The position numbers were made by a program, and so were the translations under genes. A stretch of 64,000 nucleotides of DNA from Patescibacteria group bacterium. GTDB taxonomy: Bacteria; Patescibacteriota; Microgenomatia; CAYGWK01. Below are positions 9,792 through 19,030 of the stretch, one piece after another (the stretch's first letter is position 1; every line of letters starts with the position of its first letter). The notes beneath the pieces are model-generated. The model ran no database searches. It had not been told where the DNA came from and saw nothing but the letters and a program-made list of their open reading frames with translations. The stretch is from positions 6,715 through 70,714 of the forward strand of contig JBMORX010000001.1 in assembly GCA_049322615.1 (NCBI GenBank), read 5' to 3'.

Positions 9792-10553
9792 TTACCTCCG
9801 TCGCTTAATAATCCATTTATCGCTATATTTTCCTTTCTTTCTTGTTCTTTTCCCCAAAGTTGGTTTCCCCCAAGGAGACACAGGTCCGGGCATGCCAATC
9901 CCTGACCTTCCTTCTCCACCTCCATGGGGATGAGAGGCCGGATGTTGGGCAACCCCCCTTACCGTTGGTTTTATTCCCATGTGTCTTTTTCTCCCTGCTT
10001 TAGCAAATTTGACATTTTTCCAATCAATGTTACCAACTTGGCCAATGGTGGCAAAACAATTTAGGGAAATTTTTCTTGTCTCTCCAGAAGGAAGTTTAAC
10101 CACGGCAAAATCTTTCTCTTTAGCCAAAACTGAAGCGGATGAGCCGGCTGACCTTATAACTTGTCCCCCTTTGCCTGGGGTAAGTTCAAGGTTATGAATC
10201 GGAGTTCCAATCGGAATTTTAGAAAGTGGTAGGTGGTTACCTATTTTTACTTCGACTTGGGGCCCTGAAACCACCTCGTCCCCAACATGCAAGCCCTCTG
10301 GGGCTAAAATATAGCGTTTCTCTCCATCAGAATAGGCAAGAAGAGCAAGGTTAGCAGTCCGATTCGGGTCATACTCAAATGCTAACACTTTAGCCTGGAT
10401 ACCAAACTTTTCTCTTTTAAAATCTATTTCCCGCATAAATCTTTTTTCTCTTCCTGCCTGATGACGAACTGTCACCTTTCCCCACGAGGATCTTCCTGCT
10501 TTTTTCTTGAGAATTCTTATTAATGACTTTTCAGGAATGCTTTTGGTTATCAT
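9792..10553 (-). CDS. rplB: 50S ribosomal protein L2
   Basis: [32 protein letters not shown], the L2 C-terminal signature. Confidence 0.95.
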   Translation of the reverse strand: MITKSIPEKSLIRILKKKAGRSSWGKVTVRHQAGREKRFMREIDFKREKFGIQAKVLAFEYDPNRTANLALLAYSDGEKRYILAPEGLHVGDEVVSGPQVEVKIGNHLPLSKIPIGTPIHNLELTPGKGGQVIRSAGSSASVLAKEKDFAVVKLPSGETRKISLNCFATIGQVGNIDWKNVKFAKAGRKRHMGIKPTVRGVAQHPASHPHGGGEGRSGIGMPGPVSPWGKPTLGKRTRKKGKYSDKWIIKRRR

Positions 10554-10858
10554 TTTTTCTCCTCCTCTTTTCCGGTTTCGAAAACATCAATTTTTTGTCC
10601 TTCTTTTAGTTTAACAATTGCTTTTTCCCAATTGCCTAAACGATATTCTCTTCTGGTCTTAAGCGCCCGCCGAGTCTTTCCCTTGACAACCATTGTTTTT
10701 ACCTTCTTAACATCTACTCCAAAAACTTTTTTTAATGCTTGAACAATATCTTTCTTTTTGGCGTTTTTGTCTACCTCAAATGTGTATTCACCTTTAGAAG
10801 CAGCCTCAAGCGATTTTTCGGAAATTATTGGTCGTTTTAAAACTAATCCTTGCTCCAT
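10550..10858 (-). CDS. rplW: 50S ribosomal protein L23
   Basis: L23 fold in the conserved position. Confidence 0.9.
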   Translation of the reverse strand: MEQGLVLKRPIISEKSLEAASKGEYTFEVDKNAKKKDIVQALKKVFGVDVKKVKTMVVKGKTRRALKTRREYRLGNWEKAIVKLKEGQKIDVFETGKEEEKK

Positions 10859-11514
10859 TTTTCCTCCATAATTTTAAGCGCTTCTTTGGTGATTAAAATT
10901 TTCCTCGCTTTTAGAATCTCGTAGGTATTTAATAAATTAACCTGGGTAGGTCTTACTCCTTCAATATTTCTGGTAGCAAGAATAACATCTTCAACTGATT
11001 CAGGTAGAACAACTAAAATTTTTAATTTTGCTTTGCCCGCCTGTCGGCGAGGCAGGTCATTTTTCATTTTTAATTTTAAATTTTTAATTATCTTTAACAT
11101 CTCTTTTGTCTTTTTCACTTTTTCAAGTCCTTCAACAACCACTATTTCTTTGTCTGAAGCTTTGCTGGATAAGGCAGAGATAATGGCAGCTCGGCGCATT
11201 TTTTTAGGCAAAGTCATTTGGTAATTCTCAAGTCCGGTTGGTCCATGTGCCTTGCCGCCACCGACAAAAATCGGAGCCGAGCGGGCCCCATGCCTTGCCC
11301 GACCAGTTCCCTTTTGGCGAAACCATTTTGCTTTTGTCCTTGAAACTTGAGCGCGGGTTTTGGCTTTTGCCCGAGCTTTCCGTTGGTTACTCAAATAGAC
11401 CCTTACTGCTTGAGCCAAAAGAGATGGGTTTATCTTTGCCCCAAAAATTTTTTTGGGCAGGGAAATTTTTGGTTTTTTTGTTCCTGATAAAGTTATTACC
11501 TCGGCATAAATCAT
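10843..11514 (-). CDS. rplD: 50S ribosomal protein L4 (contains an in-frame lysine-rich repeat insert KNLKLKMKN)
   Basis: L4 family; conserved S10-operon position. Confidence 0.9.
   Translation of the reverse strand: MIYAEVITLSGTKKPKISLPKKIFGAKINPSLLAQAVRVYLSNQRKARAKAKTRAQVSRTKAKWFRQKGTGRARHGARSAPIFVGGGKAHGPTGLENYQMTLPKKMRRAAIISALSSKASDKEIVVVEGLEKVKKTKEMLKIIKNLKLKMKNDLPRRQAGKAKLKILVVLPESVEDVILATRNIEGVRPTQVNLLNTYEILKARKILITKEALKIMEEKWSKD
11058..11092 (-). repeat. The same AT-rich in-frame repeat inside rplD (encodes [11 protein letters not shown])
   Basis: gtcatttttcatttttaattttaaatttttaatt. Confidence 0.55.
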
Positions 11515-12188
11515 ACTTTTTCCTCCTCACCTTTCTCTGGGCTCTCCATTTCTTTCTGCACCCTCTGCCTTGCAGGTTTCTTAATAATCAAAAGCCCCTT
11601 TTTTGCTCCAGGAACCAAACCCTTAACTAAAAGTAGATTTTTCTCAGGCAAAACTTCAAAAACTTGCAAATTCCGCACTGTTACCCTTGCCCCACCCATT
11701 CTTCCAGCCATTTTCTTACCTTTTAAAACTCTTCCTGGAGTGGTGGTTGAGCCAATTGAGCCTGGAGCCCTTTCTCTGTCTGACTGACCATGAGTTTTAG
11801 GTCCTCCGGCAAATCCCCATCTTTTAACCACCCCGGCAAAACCTTTGCCTTTGGAAGTGCCCGTAACATCAACAATATCTCCAGGTTTTAAAACATCCCC
11901 AACTTTAATCTCATCCCCAACTTTAAGATTAGCGCTGATTTCCTGCTGATTAGCGCTGACTTCTCGCAAAAAGCGGGGGATAATTTTTAACCCCGCTTTT
12001 TTTATGTGCCCTAAAATTGGTTTCTTGGTCTTTTTTTCTTTTTTTTCACCAAATCCAAGCTGAACTGAATCTTTTTTAATTTGAACCACGAAACAGGGAC
12101 CAGCCTGAATTTGGCTTACTGGGATTCGCTCTCCTTCGCTGGTAAATTTTTGCGTTTGTCCTAATTTTATTCCTAAAATCGTATCCAT
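11511..12188 (-). CDS. rplC: 50S ribosomal protein L3
   Basis: L3 signature (KGKGFAGVVKRWGFAGGPKTHGQS). Confidence 0.95.
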   Translation of the reverse strand: MDTILGIKLGQTQKFTSEGERIPVSQIQAGPCFVVQIKKDSVQLGFGEKKEKKTKKPILGHIKKAGLKIIPRFLREVSANQQEISANLKVGDEIKVGDVLKPGDIVDVTGTSKGKGFAGVVKRWGFAGGPKTHGQSDRERAPGSIGSTTTPGRVLKGKKMAGRMGGARVTVRNLQVFEVLPEKNLLLVKGLVPGAKKGLLIIKKPARQRVQKEMESPEKGEEEKV

Positions 12189-12225
12189 AAGTTACTTAGG
12201 TTACTTAAGTCACTTAAGTATTACC
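12189..12225 (-). repeat. CTTAAGTNA repeat immediately upstream of the rplC AUG
   Basis: ataagttacttaggttacttaagtcacttaagtattaccc. Confidence 0.8.
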
Positions 12226-12228
12226 CAC

Positions 12229-12250
12229 CAAAAAAGTGCCAGGAGGCACT
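12229..12250 (-). terminator. intrinsic terminator/attenuator hairpin 45 nt upstream of the rplC start (minus-strand sense agugccuccuggcacuuuuuugg)
   Basis: 6-bp GC-rich stem with a U6 run on the minus-strand transcript. Confidence 0.6.
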
Positions 12251-12325
12251 TCTCTTGAAAACTTGTGCCAAGCCGAAAAACCTCTTTTTAATCGGGTGAA
12301 TTCACCTCCATTTCAATTAGGAAAT

Positions 12326-12354
12326 ATTATACTAAAAAGGAAGGTAAGATGCAA
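12326..12354 (-). promoter_or_regulatory. sigma70-like promoter (TTGCAT-17-TATAAT on the minus strand) driving the rplC leader
   Basis: Reverse complement of 12321..12356 is atttgcatcttaccttcctttttagtataatatttc. Confidence 0.55.
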
Positions 12355-12372
12355 ATGAAGAATTGGGTATTA

Positions 12373-12394
12373 CAAAAAATGGCGCGGTCGCGCC
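12373..12394 (-). terminator. intrinsic terminator downstream of rpsJ (GGCGCGGTCGCGCC palindrome with a U-run on the minus strand)
   Basis: aaaaaatggcgcggtcgcgccaaaatat. Confidence 0.55.
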
Positions 12395-12422
12395 AAAATA
12401 TGTAATATTGCGATGGAAAACC

Positions 12423-12452
12423 TACATCTTGATTTCGATGTCGACGCCTGCC
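12423..12452 (-). repeat. duplicated copy of the last 9 codons plus stop of rpsJ (AGVDIEIKM*), about 100 bp downstream of the real rpsJ 3' end
   Basis: ctacatcttgatttcgatgtcgacgcctgc against the real rpsJ end ctacattttgatctcaatgtcgacgcctgc at 12527..12556: 27 of 30 identical. Confidence 0.8.
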
Positions 12453-12531
12453 CCAGTATAGTCTTACCACTCGCCTTTTCAGTATTATTCATACACGGCT
12501 CGTGGAGCGACCTTTGCGGGGCAATCGGCGT

Positions 12532-12840
12532 CTACATTTTGATCTCAATGTCGACGCCTGCAGGGAGATCGAGGTGTTGGAGGGAATCAATGGTTTTTTC
12601 CGTAGGTTCTAAAATATCAATTAAGCGCTTGTGAGTGAGAATTTCAAAATGTTCCCGGGCATCTTTGTCAGTATGAGGAGAAGTGGTAACGCAGATTAAT
12701 TTTCTCTGGGTTGGTAAGGGGATGGGTCCGGAAATTTTGGCACCTGAGGCTAGAGCCGCCTCCAAAATTTTTGAAGCGGCTTCATCAATAACCCGGTGAT
12801 CGTAAGATTTTAAACGTACTCTAATTCTTCCTTTAGGCAT
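12532..12840 (-). CDS. rpsJ: 30S ribosomal protein S10 (start taken at [14 protein letters not shown]; the longer track ORF starts further upstream)
   Basis: Canonical S10 sequence. Confidence 0.95.
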   Translation of the reverse strand: MPKGRIRVRLKSYDHRVIDEAASKILEAALASGAKISGPIPLPTQRKLICVTTSPHTDKDAREHFEILTHKRLIDILEPTEKTIDSLQHLDLPAGVDIEIKM

Positions 12841-12928
12841 ATAATTTAAAGGGGTGGGGATGAGAAATGGGAAGTGGGTAAGATAAATCTCACCTCTCAC
12901 CTCTCACCCTCACCCCAAATTGTCAAAC

Positions 12929-14128
12929 TTAGGAAATTACTTTGGAAATCACCCCAGCCCCAACTGTGTGTCCGCCTTCCCGAATAGCAAATCTTAATCC
13001 TTCTTCCATTGCCACTGGTTGAATTAACTTTACCTTCATCTTGGCATTATCCCCTGGCATAACCATTTCTACCCCCGAGGGCAGAGTGGTTTCTCCAGTA
13101 ACGTCAGTAGTTCTGATATAAAACTGGGGTCTGTACCCGGTGAAGAAAGGAGTGTGTCTTCCTCCCTCTTCTTTGGTTAAAATATAAACTTCAGCCTCAA
13201 ATTCGGTGTGAGGAGTAATTGTCCCAGGCTTTGCTAAAACCTGACCCCGCTCAACATCATCTTTTTCAATTCCCCGAAGTAAAACTCCAATATTGTCTCC
13301 TGCCTGACCTTCGTCCAATGACTTTCTAAACATCTCAATCCCGGTGACAACTGTCTTTTTGGTTGGTCTAATTCCCACAATTTCAATCTCATCATTTAAC
13401 TTTACCTTACCTCGTTCAACCCGACCGGTAACGACTGTTCCCCGACCTTTAATTGAGAAAACATCCTCAATTGGCATTAAAAATGGCTTATCCAAATCTC
13501 GAGTAGGGGTTGGAATATTCTCATCAACCGCCTTGGTCAAATCCAAAATTGCTTTTTCTGCCTCAGCGTCTCCTTCAAGAGCCTTCAATGCCGAACCGCG
13601 AATAATCGGAATTTTATCCCCTGGAAACTGATATTTAGTCAAAAGTTCCCTAATTTCCATCTCAACCAAATCTAAAAGCTCTGGATCGTCAACCATATCA
13701 ACTTTATTTAAGAAAACGACAATTGCCGGAACATTTACCTGGCGAGCCAAAAGAATATGTTCTCGGGTTTGAGGCATTGGTCCATCAGGAGCGGAAACGA
13801 CCAAAATTGCGCCATCCATCTGGGCCGCTCCGGTAATCATGTTTTTGACAAAGTCCGCATGTCCCGGACAGTCAATATGAGCATAGTGGCGATTATCGGT
13901 CTCGTATTCGGAATGATGAATGTTAATAGTTACCCCGCGTTCTTTTTCTTCTGGAGCATTGTCAATGTCATAGAAATCCAAGGCTTTGGTTTTATTACCT
14001 GGCTGCTTTGATAAAACGTGGGTAATGGCGGCGGTTAGAGTAGTTTTTCCGTGGTCAACGTGACCAATCGTCCCAATGTTTAAATGGGGTTTGGTTCTTT
14101 CAAATTTTGCTTTTGCTGTTTCTGCCAT
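12929..14128 (-). CDS. tuf: elongation factor Tu
   Basis: [25 protein letters not shown] GTPase motifs; 399 aa. Confidence 0.97.
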   Translation of the reverse strand: MAETAKAKFERTKPHLNIGTIGHVDHGKTTLTAAITHVLSKQPGNKTKALDFYDIDNAPEEKERGVTINIHHSEYETDNRHYAHIDCPGHADFVKNMITGAAQMDGAILVVSAPDGPMPQTREHILLARQVNVPAIVVFLNKVDMVDDPELLDLVEMEIRELLTKYQFPGDKIPIIRGSALKALEGDAEAEKAILDLTKAVDENIPTPTRDLDKPFLMPIEDVFSIKGRGTVVTGRVERGKVKLNDEIEIVGIRPTKKTVVTGIEMFRKSLDEGQAGDNIGVLLRGIEKDDVERGQVLAKPGTITPHTEFEAEVYILTKEEGGRHTPFFTGYRPQFYIRTTDVTGETTLPSGVEMVMPGDNAKMKVKLIQPVAMEEGLRFAIREGGHTVGAGVISKVIS

Positions 14129-14256
14129 ATTTTTTGAGTTAAAAAAGAGGTCTAAACCTCAAATCTTTTTGTATTTTACAGGCTTATTTTACAGATGTCA
14201 AGCCCCGATTGCAAATCGGTGTATAAGTTAAGTCAAGCACCTTATTTGTAACTTCT

Positions 14257-14290
14257 TTGTATCATTGTCATAGTACAATAGTACAAAAAC
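14257..14290. promoter_or_regulatory. operator-like motif copy A (contains TGTCATAGTACA, the reverse complement of the core), ~130 bp upstream of island-1 promoter
   Basis: tttgtatcattgtcatagtacaatagtacaaaaac. Confidence 0.55.
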
Positions 14291-14437
14291 TCGGCTTTAC
14301 ATGAGTATTTTCTCCCATGCCTTAATAAGTAGAAAGTCAAATCTGAGTAATCCCCAACCTTAGAGGTTGAATCTTATTCTCTATAACTTCTATAACTTGA
14401 TTTCAATCACCTTTCTTGTTATAATTTCTCCTCTAAT

Positions 14438-14602
14438 ATGTCCAATATGTCCACGGAAAGAGTTACTGATAATCAAAAAGATCAAAGAGTTCAGCAAGAA
14501 ATAGCCGATATTATGGCGTTAACTCCGTCTGGATCTAGGAAAGAGAGGCTGCAAAGAGGTGCAGAAATGGCTCAACTGTATGCTAGGCTTAGACAAAATT
14601 GA
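14438..14602 (+). CDS. small hypothetical protein (54 aa; MSNMSTERVTDNQKDQRVQQEIADIMALTPSG...), first gene of the plus-strand island between fusA and tuf
   Basis: My own translation; an extended -10 (TGTTATAAT) about 15 nt upstream; its stop overlaps the next ORF's start. Confidence 0.3.
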   Translation: MSNMSTERVTDNQKDQRVQQEIADIMALTPSGSRKERLQRGAEMAQLYARLRQN

Positions 14603-15042
14603 AGCAGGTTTCTGACCCTACAATTGCTCACCTAGCTTTAGGGGGACATCGTTTAGCAATGACAGAATTTGACAGGAGACTTGACGAAGGAAGAATCTTT
14701 CCGTTAGATGTATTGTTTGAAGCCGCAATGCCTCTTGCATCAAGCTCTTTAGTAACTAAAGGAGATAAGAGATTATATAAGCGGATAGTTGACGCCATTG
14801 AAAGACATGCACCAAGTGCCCCTCTTGAAGAAGTAGTGAATGCATTTGAAAAGTATGCAGGAAGCCAATTAGATCTAAACGTTGACCTTTTAGATGTTTT
14901 ATTAAGTTGTAGAGATGATGCCGACACTATTGTTTCGGCAGTTATAGCAAGCGCATCAGATAAAAAGTTTTTAATTTTAGATATGGAGCAGAGAAAAATA
15001 AGAGCGGGGATAATCCGAGACAGAAGGAAGAATAAGGTTTAG
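14599..15042 (+). CDS. hypothetical protein (147 aa, TTG start) in the plus-strand island inserted in the str operon
   Basis: Long ORF on the opposite strand to all its neighbours, noticeably more GC-rich than its surroundings; no recognisable family. Confidence 0.5.
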   Translation: MKQVSDPTIAHLALGGHRLAMTEFDRRLDEGRIFPLDVLFEAAMPLASSSLVTKGDKRLYKRIVDAIERHAPSAPLEEVVNAFEKYAGSQLDLNVDLLDVLLSCRDDADTIVSAVIASASDKKFLILDMEQRKIRAGIIRDRRKNKV

Positions 15043-15045
15043 CGC

Positions 15046-17154
15046 CTAACTCTTCCTCGCTAAAATTGCTTCTTGAATGTTTTTTGGGACTTCTTCATAA
15101 TGAGAAGGCTCCATATAATAGGCAGCCCGACCTTGGGTTAGAGAACGCAAGGTGGTGGCATAACCGGGAATCTCGGCTAAAGGAACCAAAGCAGTAATAA
15201 CCCTAACTTTCCCTCTTATTTCTGAACCTAAAATTTGGGCTCGGCGAGAAGACAAATCGCCAATGACTGTTCCCATAAATTCTTCAGGAGTGGTCACCTC
15301 AAGCTTCATAATTGGTTCAAGTAAAGTTGGCTCTGCTTGTTTGACCGCCGACTGTAAAGCCATACTTCCAGCAATCTTAAAGGCGATTTCTGATGAGTCA
15401 ACTTCATGGAATGTTCCATCATAAACCGCCACTTTCATATCAACTAAAGGATAGCCAATCAAAACCCCATTTTCCATTGCCTCCCGGGCTCCTTTTTCAA
15501 TTGCCGGAATAAATTCTGAAGGAATAGCCCCACCTTTAATTTCTGACTTAAATTCGCAGCCTTCACCCCTGCCTTTTGGTTCAACCCGCAAGAAACAATG
15601 ACCATATTGTCCTCGCCCACCAGTCTGTCTAATATATTTCCCTTCAGCGAAGGCTTTCTTTTTAATCGTTTCTTTATAGGCAACTTGGGGACTACCTGTA
15701 GTTGCTCCGACGCCAAACTCTCGTTTCATCCGATCAACAATAATCTCTAAATGTAATTCTCCCATCCCGGAAATTATTGTTTGTCCGGTCTCTGGGTCAG
15801 ATTTTATCTTGAAGGTTGGGTCTTCTTCAGAAAGTCGACCTAAAGCATAGCCTAATTTTTCCTGATCAGCCCGAGTTTTTGGTTCAATCGCCAAAGAAAT
15901 AACCGGTTCGGGAAATTTAATTGACTCCAAAATTATCGGATGAGCGGGATCAGCCAGAGTATCCCCAGTGGTCGTCTTAACCAGTCCGATAGCGGCGACA
16001 ATTTCCCCAGCAAAAACTTGGGAGATTTCTTCACGTTTATTGGCATGCATTAAAAGAAGTCTGCCAACTCTTTCCGGCTCGTGCCTGGTAACATTCAAAA
16101 GACTTGTGCCAGACTTAAGTGTTCCTGAATAAATCCGCAGATATGTCAGTTTTCCTACATGGGGATCAGTTTGAATCTTAAAAGCCAAAGCGGAAAAAGG
16201 CTCCTCGTTTTTGGGCTGGCGGGCTTCTTTCGAGTTTGTTTTTGGATTTATTCCCGAAACTGGCGGAACATCTAAGGGCGAAGGCAGAAAATCTACGACC
16301 CCATCCAAAAGTGGCTGAACTCCTTTATTACGAAGAGAGCTTCCACAGTAGATTGGCACAAGGCGAGAGGAGATAGTGGCTTTTCTAAGCGTCGCTTTCA
16401 AATCAGCCAAAGGCGGTTCCTCTCCCTTGAGGAATTTTTCAATTAAAGCTTCATCTTCTGAGCAAATTTCCTCAACCAGTTTTTTGCGAGCCTCTTCAAC
16501 CTCTTTTTCCATCTCCGCAGGAATTTCTTTCTCGGAAAATTTCACCCCTGATTCGTCCTGATCCCAAATTAAGGCTTTTTTCTCCAAAAGCAAAACCACA
16601 CCGCAAAAATCTTGTTCTTTGCCAATCGGTAAAGTTAAAACAGCGGGTTTTGCTCCAAGCCTGTCTTTAATCATCTCAATCGTTCGAGGAAAATTTGCTC
16701 CAAGTTTATCCATCTTATTGACGAAAACGAGCCTGGGAACATTATATTTTGAGGCTTGATGCCAAACAGTTTCCGACTGTGATTGAACTCCTTCTTCGGC
16801 ATCAAAGACAACCACTCCACCGTCTAAAACGCGGAGTGACCGTTCGACTTCGGCCGTAAAATCAACATGACCAGGGGTGTCAATAATATTTATTCTAGTA
16901 TCTTTCCAAAAGGTTGTCACTGCGGCGGAAACAATCGTAATTCCTCGCTCTCTCTCTTGAGCCATCCAGTCAGTAACCGTTGTTCCCTCATCAATATTCC
17001 CCAGTTTATAAGTTCGACCAGTATAAAAGAGAATCCGCTCGGTCGTCGTCGTTTTTCCAGCATCAATATGGGCAATAATGCCAATATTGCGAACTTTTTC
17101 AAGCGGGACAACTCTTTCTTTAGTGATTTCAATTTTAGGAACTTGTTGAGCCAT
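15046..17154 (-). CDS. fusA: elongation factor G
   Basis: [21 protein letters not shown] and the EF-G domain IV/V signatures; 702 aa. Confidence 0.97.
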   Translation of the reverse strand: MAQQVPKIEITKERVVPLEKVRNIGIIAHIDAGKTTTTERILFYTGRTYKLGNIDEGTTVTDWMAQERERGITIVSAAVTTFWKDTRINIIDTPGHVDFTAEVERSLRVLDGGVVVFDAEEGVQSQSETVWHQASKYNVPRLVFVNKMDKLGANFPRTIEMIKDRLGAKPAVLTLPIGKEQDFCGVVLLLEKKALIWDQDESGVKFSEKEIPAEMEKEVEEARKKLVEEICSEDEALIEKFLKGEEPPLADLKATLRKATISSRLVPIYCGSSLRNKGVQPLLDGVVDFLPSPLDVPPVSGINPKTNSKEARQPKNEEPFSALAFKIQTDPHVGKLTYLRIYSGTLKSGTSLLNVTRHEPERVGRLLLMHANKREEISQVFAGEIVAAIGLVKTTTGDTLADPAHPIILESIKFPEPVISLAIEPKTRADQEKLGYALGRLSEEDPTFKIKSDPETGQTIISGMGELHLEIIVDRMKREFGVGATTGSPQVAYKETIKKKAFAEGKYIRQTGGRGQYGHCFLRVEPKGRGEGCEFKSEIKGGAIPSEFIPAIEKGAREAMENGVLIGYPLVDMKVAVYDGTFHEVDSSEIAFKIAGSMALQSAVKQAEPTLLEPIMKLEVTTPEEFMGTVIGDLSSRRAQILGSEIRGKVRVITALVPLAEIPGYATTLRSLTQGRAAYYMEPSHYEEVPKNIQEAILARKS

Positions 17155-17310
17155 AAATATAATCTAAAATTTAAAATGTATAATTGATAATTATTATATC
17201 TAATTTTAAGCGTACAAAAAACTGCTTTTCGCAGTTTTGCCTCGAAAGATATTTTAACAAAAACGAGTTTGTAATTCAACAACTTGAAAATATATGATAT
17301 AATTTAAAAA

Positions 17311-17799
17311 ATGACTAAGGTAATCTTTGATTCCTCTTCTTATCTAAAAAACAGAAAACGAAAGCGACAAATCCTGGCGCTTTTGGTTCTTCTGCCTCTT
17401 CTTTTTGGGTTTAGCCTTTTTTCTAACTTGCCTTTGGTCTTTGGTCATTTCCCCATGCTTATCCACCTCACCCGACCCCAGCCCTCAAAACGGGTTTACC
17501 TGCTTGGTGAACCGGTCACAATCAGTCTTAATATCCAAAATGTCAGTCCAGTCGGTTTTTCCACCCCTGTCTGTGTTCGGGAGATAGTCGCTCGGAAAAG
17601 CTACCATATTGGTTGCGTCCCTGAAGTAACTTTTGCTCCGCTTGACGGTGGAAGTAGGTTTACTTTCGAGGTTAGTCGACCAGCCCAACGTCCTGGCCGC
17701 CATTTAGTCATTTTTTCCTATCGCGATATTTATGGAAATTGGCATGAGATTATGGACTCTGGTCATCACCTCTTAAGGACCTCTTACCGCGTCAACTAA
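17311..17799 (+). CDS. hypothetical membrane-anchored protein (162 aa)
   Basis: N-terminal hydrophobic segment LLVLLPLLFGFSLF; located in the second plus-strand island of the str operon. Confidence 0.5.
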   Translation: MTKVIFDSSSYLKNRKRKRQILALLVLLPLLFGFSLFSNLPLVFGHFPMLIHLTRPQPSKRVYLLGEPVTISLNIQNVSPVGFSTPVCVREIVARKSYHIGCVPEVTFAPLDGGSRFTFEVSRPAQRPGRHLVIFSYRDIYGNWHEIMDSGHHLLRTSYRVN

Positions 17800-17914
17800 G
17801 TTGCCTCTCGCTTTTGAAGTTAAAACTTTCGAAAAATTCCCACCTAAAAGGCTTTACATCTGCGGACACAATTTCGTCCAATAGGATGAGATTATATCGA
17901 CAAACTTGACAAAA

Positions 17915-17950
17915 TTTTTGTATCATTGTACTATGACAGTGATACAAACA
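17915..17950 (+). promoter_or_regulatory. operator-like motif copy B overlapping a TTGACA promoter and ending at the ATG of the TrpR/YerC-like gene
   Basis: cttgacaaaatttttgtatcattgtactatgacagtgatacaaacatg. Confidence 0.6.
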
Positions 17951-18474
17951 TGGGAAGAACAACTTACTATCCAAGAATTAAAAGAATTGAAAAACTAAAA
18001 AGAGAAGAGATTTTGGAATTGATGTTTGACTTACTTAATGCCTTTCGCCTAGTGAATTCGCCCCTTGAGACGGCTTTTTTAATCCAAGATCTTTTAACTG
18101 CCAATGAAATTAAAAATTTAGCCAAAAGACTTCGTATCGCCAAACTTTTATTGGAAGACAAAACCCAAAGAGAGATTGCCCAGGAAGTCAAAGTAAGCTT
18201 GGCGACGGTCACCAAAGTTAATTTGTGGCTGATGCAGGGAGGAGAAGGATTCAAAAGAGTAATCTCAAAACTGCCAAAAAAATACCAAATACCAAAAAAA
18301 CTGCCGCCGCGACCACTAACTTTTAATCTTCCGGAAACTCTTTTAATTTTGGCTTCTTATGGTTTAGCCAAAAGACAGGAGAAAAATTTGGAAAAATTCC
18401 TTCAAGGAGTTGAAAATAAACAAATCCTTGATAGAAACCTTCGCGAAGTCTTTGATGAAGAATTCAGAAAATAA
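17950..18474 (+). CDS. TrpR/YerC-like helix-turn-helix DNA-binding protein (ATG at 17950 preferred over the track's TTG at 17926)
   Basis: LLTANEIKNLAKRLRIAKLLLEDKTQREIAQEVKVSLATVTKV follows the Trp-repressor-like YerC/YecD family pattern; the gene is flanked by operator-like motifs. Confidence 0.6.
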   Translation: MGRTTYYPRIKRIEKLKREEILELMFDLLNAFRLVNSPLETAFLIQDLLTANEIKNLAKRLRIAKLLLEDKTQREIAQEVKVSLATVTKVNLWLMQGGEGFKRVISKLPKKYQIPKKLPPRPLTFNLPETLLILASYGLAKRQEKNLEKFLQGVENKQILDRNLREVFDEEFRK

Positions 18475-18480
18475 CTCTTC

Positions 18481-18510
18481 TGTACTACTGTACTATGACA
18501 ATAGTACAAG
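18481..18510 (+). promoter_or_regulatory. operator-like motif copy C, downstream of the TrpR-like gene in the convergent gap with rpsG
   Basis: tgtactactgtactatgacaatagtacaagg, immediately followed by AAGGAGGT. Confidence 0.5.
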
Positions 18511-18550
18511 GAGGTAACAAGATAAAGTGAAAAAATCTAAACCAGGAAAA

Positions 18551-19030
18551 TTACCAACGAAAGTGAGCAAAGGCTTTGTTGGCTTCTGCCATCCGGTGGG
18601 TATCTTCTTTCTTTTTAACCGCCCCACCAGTGCCGTTTGAAGCGTCAATGATTTCTCCAGAGAGTTTTTCGGAAAAAGTAGGGAATTCCTTTGGGGAACG
18701 CTTTTGGGCAGCCTTAATTAACCAACGGATTGCCAGGGTTTCTTTTCTTTCTCCCCGAACTGGCATTGGCACTTGATAGGCTGCCCCCCCAATCCTTCTT
18801 GGCCGGACCTCCATCTGGGGTTTAATATTCTCCAAAGCCTGATTGAAGACAACTATTGGGTCTTTTTTTGTTTTCTCTCTCACCAGTTCAAAAGCCTGAT
18901 AGATTTGTTTTTGGGCAACAGATTTTTTTCCTGATTTCATTGTTCGGTTTATCAACTTCGCCACCAATTTTGACCCAAAGAGCGGCTCTTCTGCGATTTG
19001 TCTTTTTTTAACTTTCTTGTGCCGTGGCAT
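18551..19030 (-). CDS. rpsG: 30S ribosomal protein S7
   Basis: [39 protein letters not shown], an S7 N-terminus. Confidence 0.95.
   Translation of the reverse strand: MPRHKKVKKRQIAEEPLFGSKLVAKLINRTMKSGKKSVAQKQIYQAFELVREKTKKDPIVVFNQALENIKPQMEVRPRRIGGAAYQVPMPVRGERKETLAIRWLIKAAQKRSPKEFPTFSEKLSGEIIDASNGTGGAVKKKEDTHRMAEANKAFAHFRW

Noticed and set aside
12413-12634. 73-aa plus-strand ORF (MENLHLDFDVDACPS...) and two ~30-bp direct repeats that at first glance looked like a two-repeat mini-CRISPR
   Set aside because: The downstream repeat is simply the last nine codons plus stop of rpsJ, and the upstream one is a duplicated copy of it (both translate to AGVDIEIKM* on the minus strand). There is no spacer-repeat periodicity beyond two units and no cas genes. 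The plus-strand ORF is antisense to rpsJ and the duplication.
17155-17310. Hairpin aaactgcttttcgcagttt upstream of fusA, considered as a terminator
   Set aside because: Weak 4-5-bp stem, and it lies upstream of fusA rather than downstream on the minus strand. It is more likely part of the AT-rich divergent promoter region (an extended -10 TGATATAAT for the plus-strand island is at about 17290).
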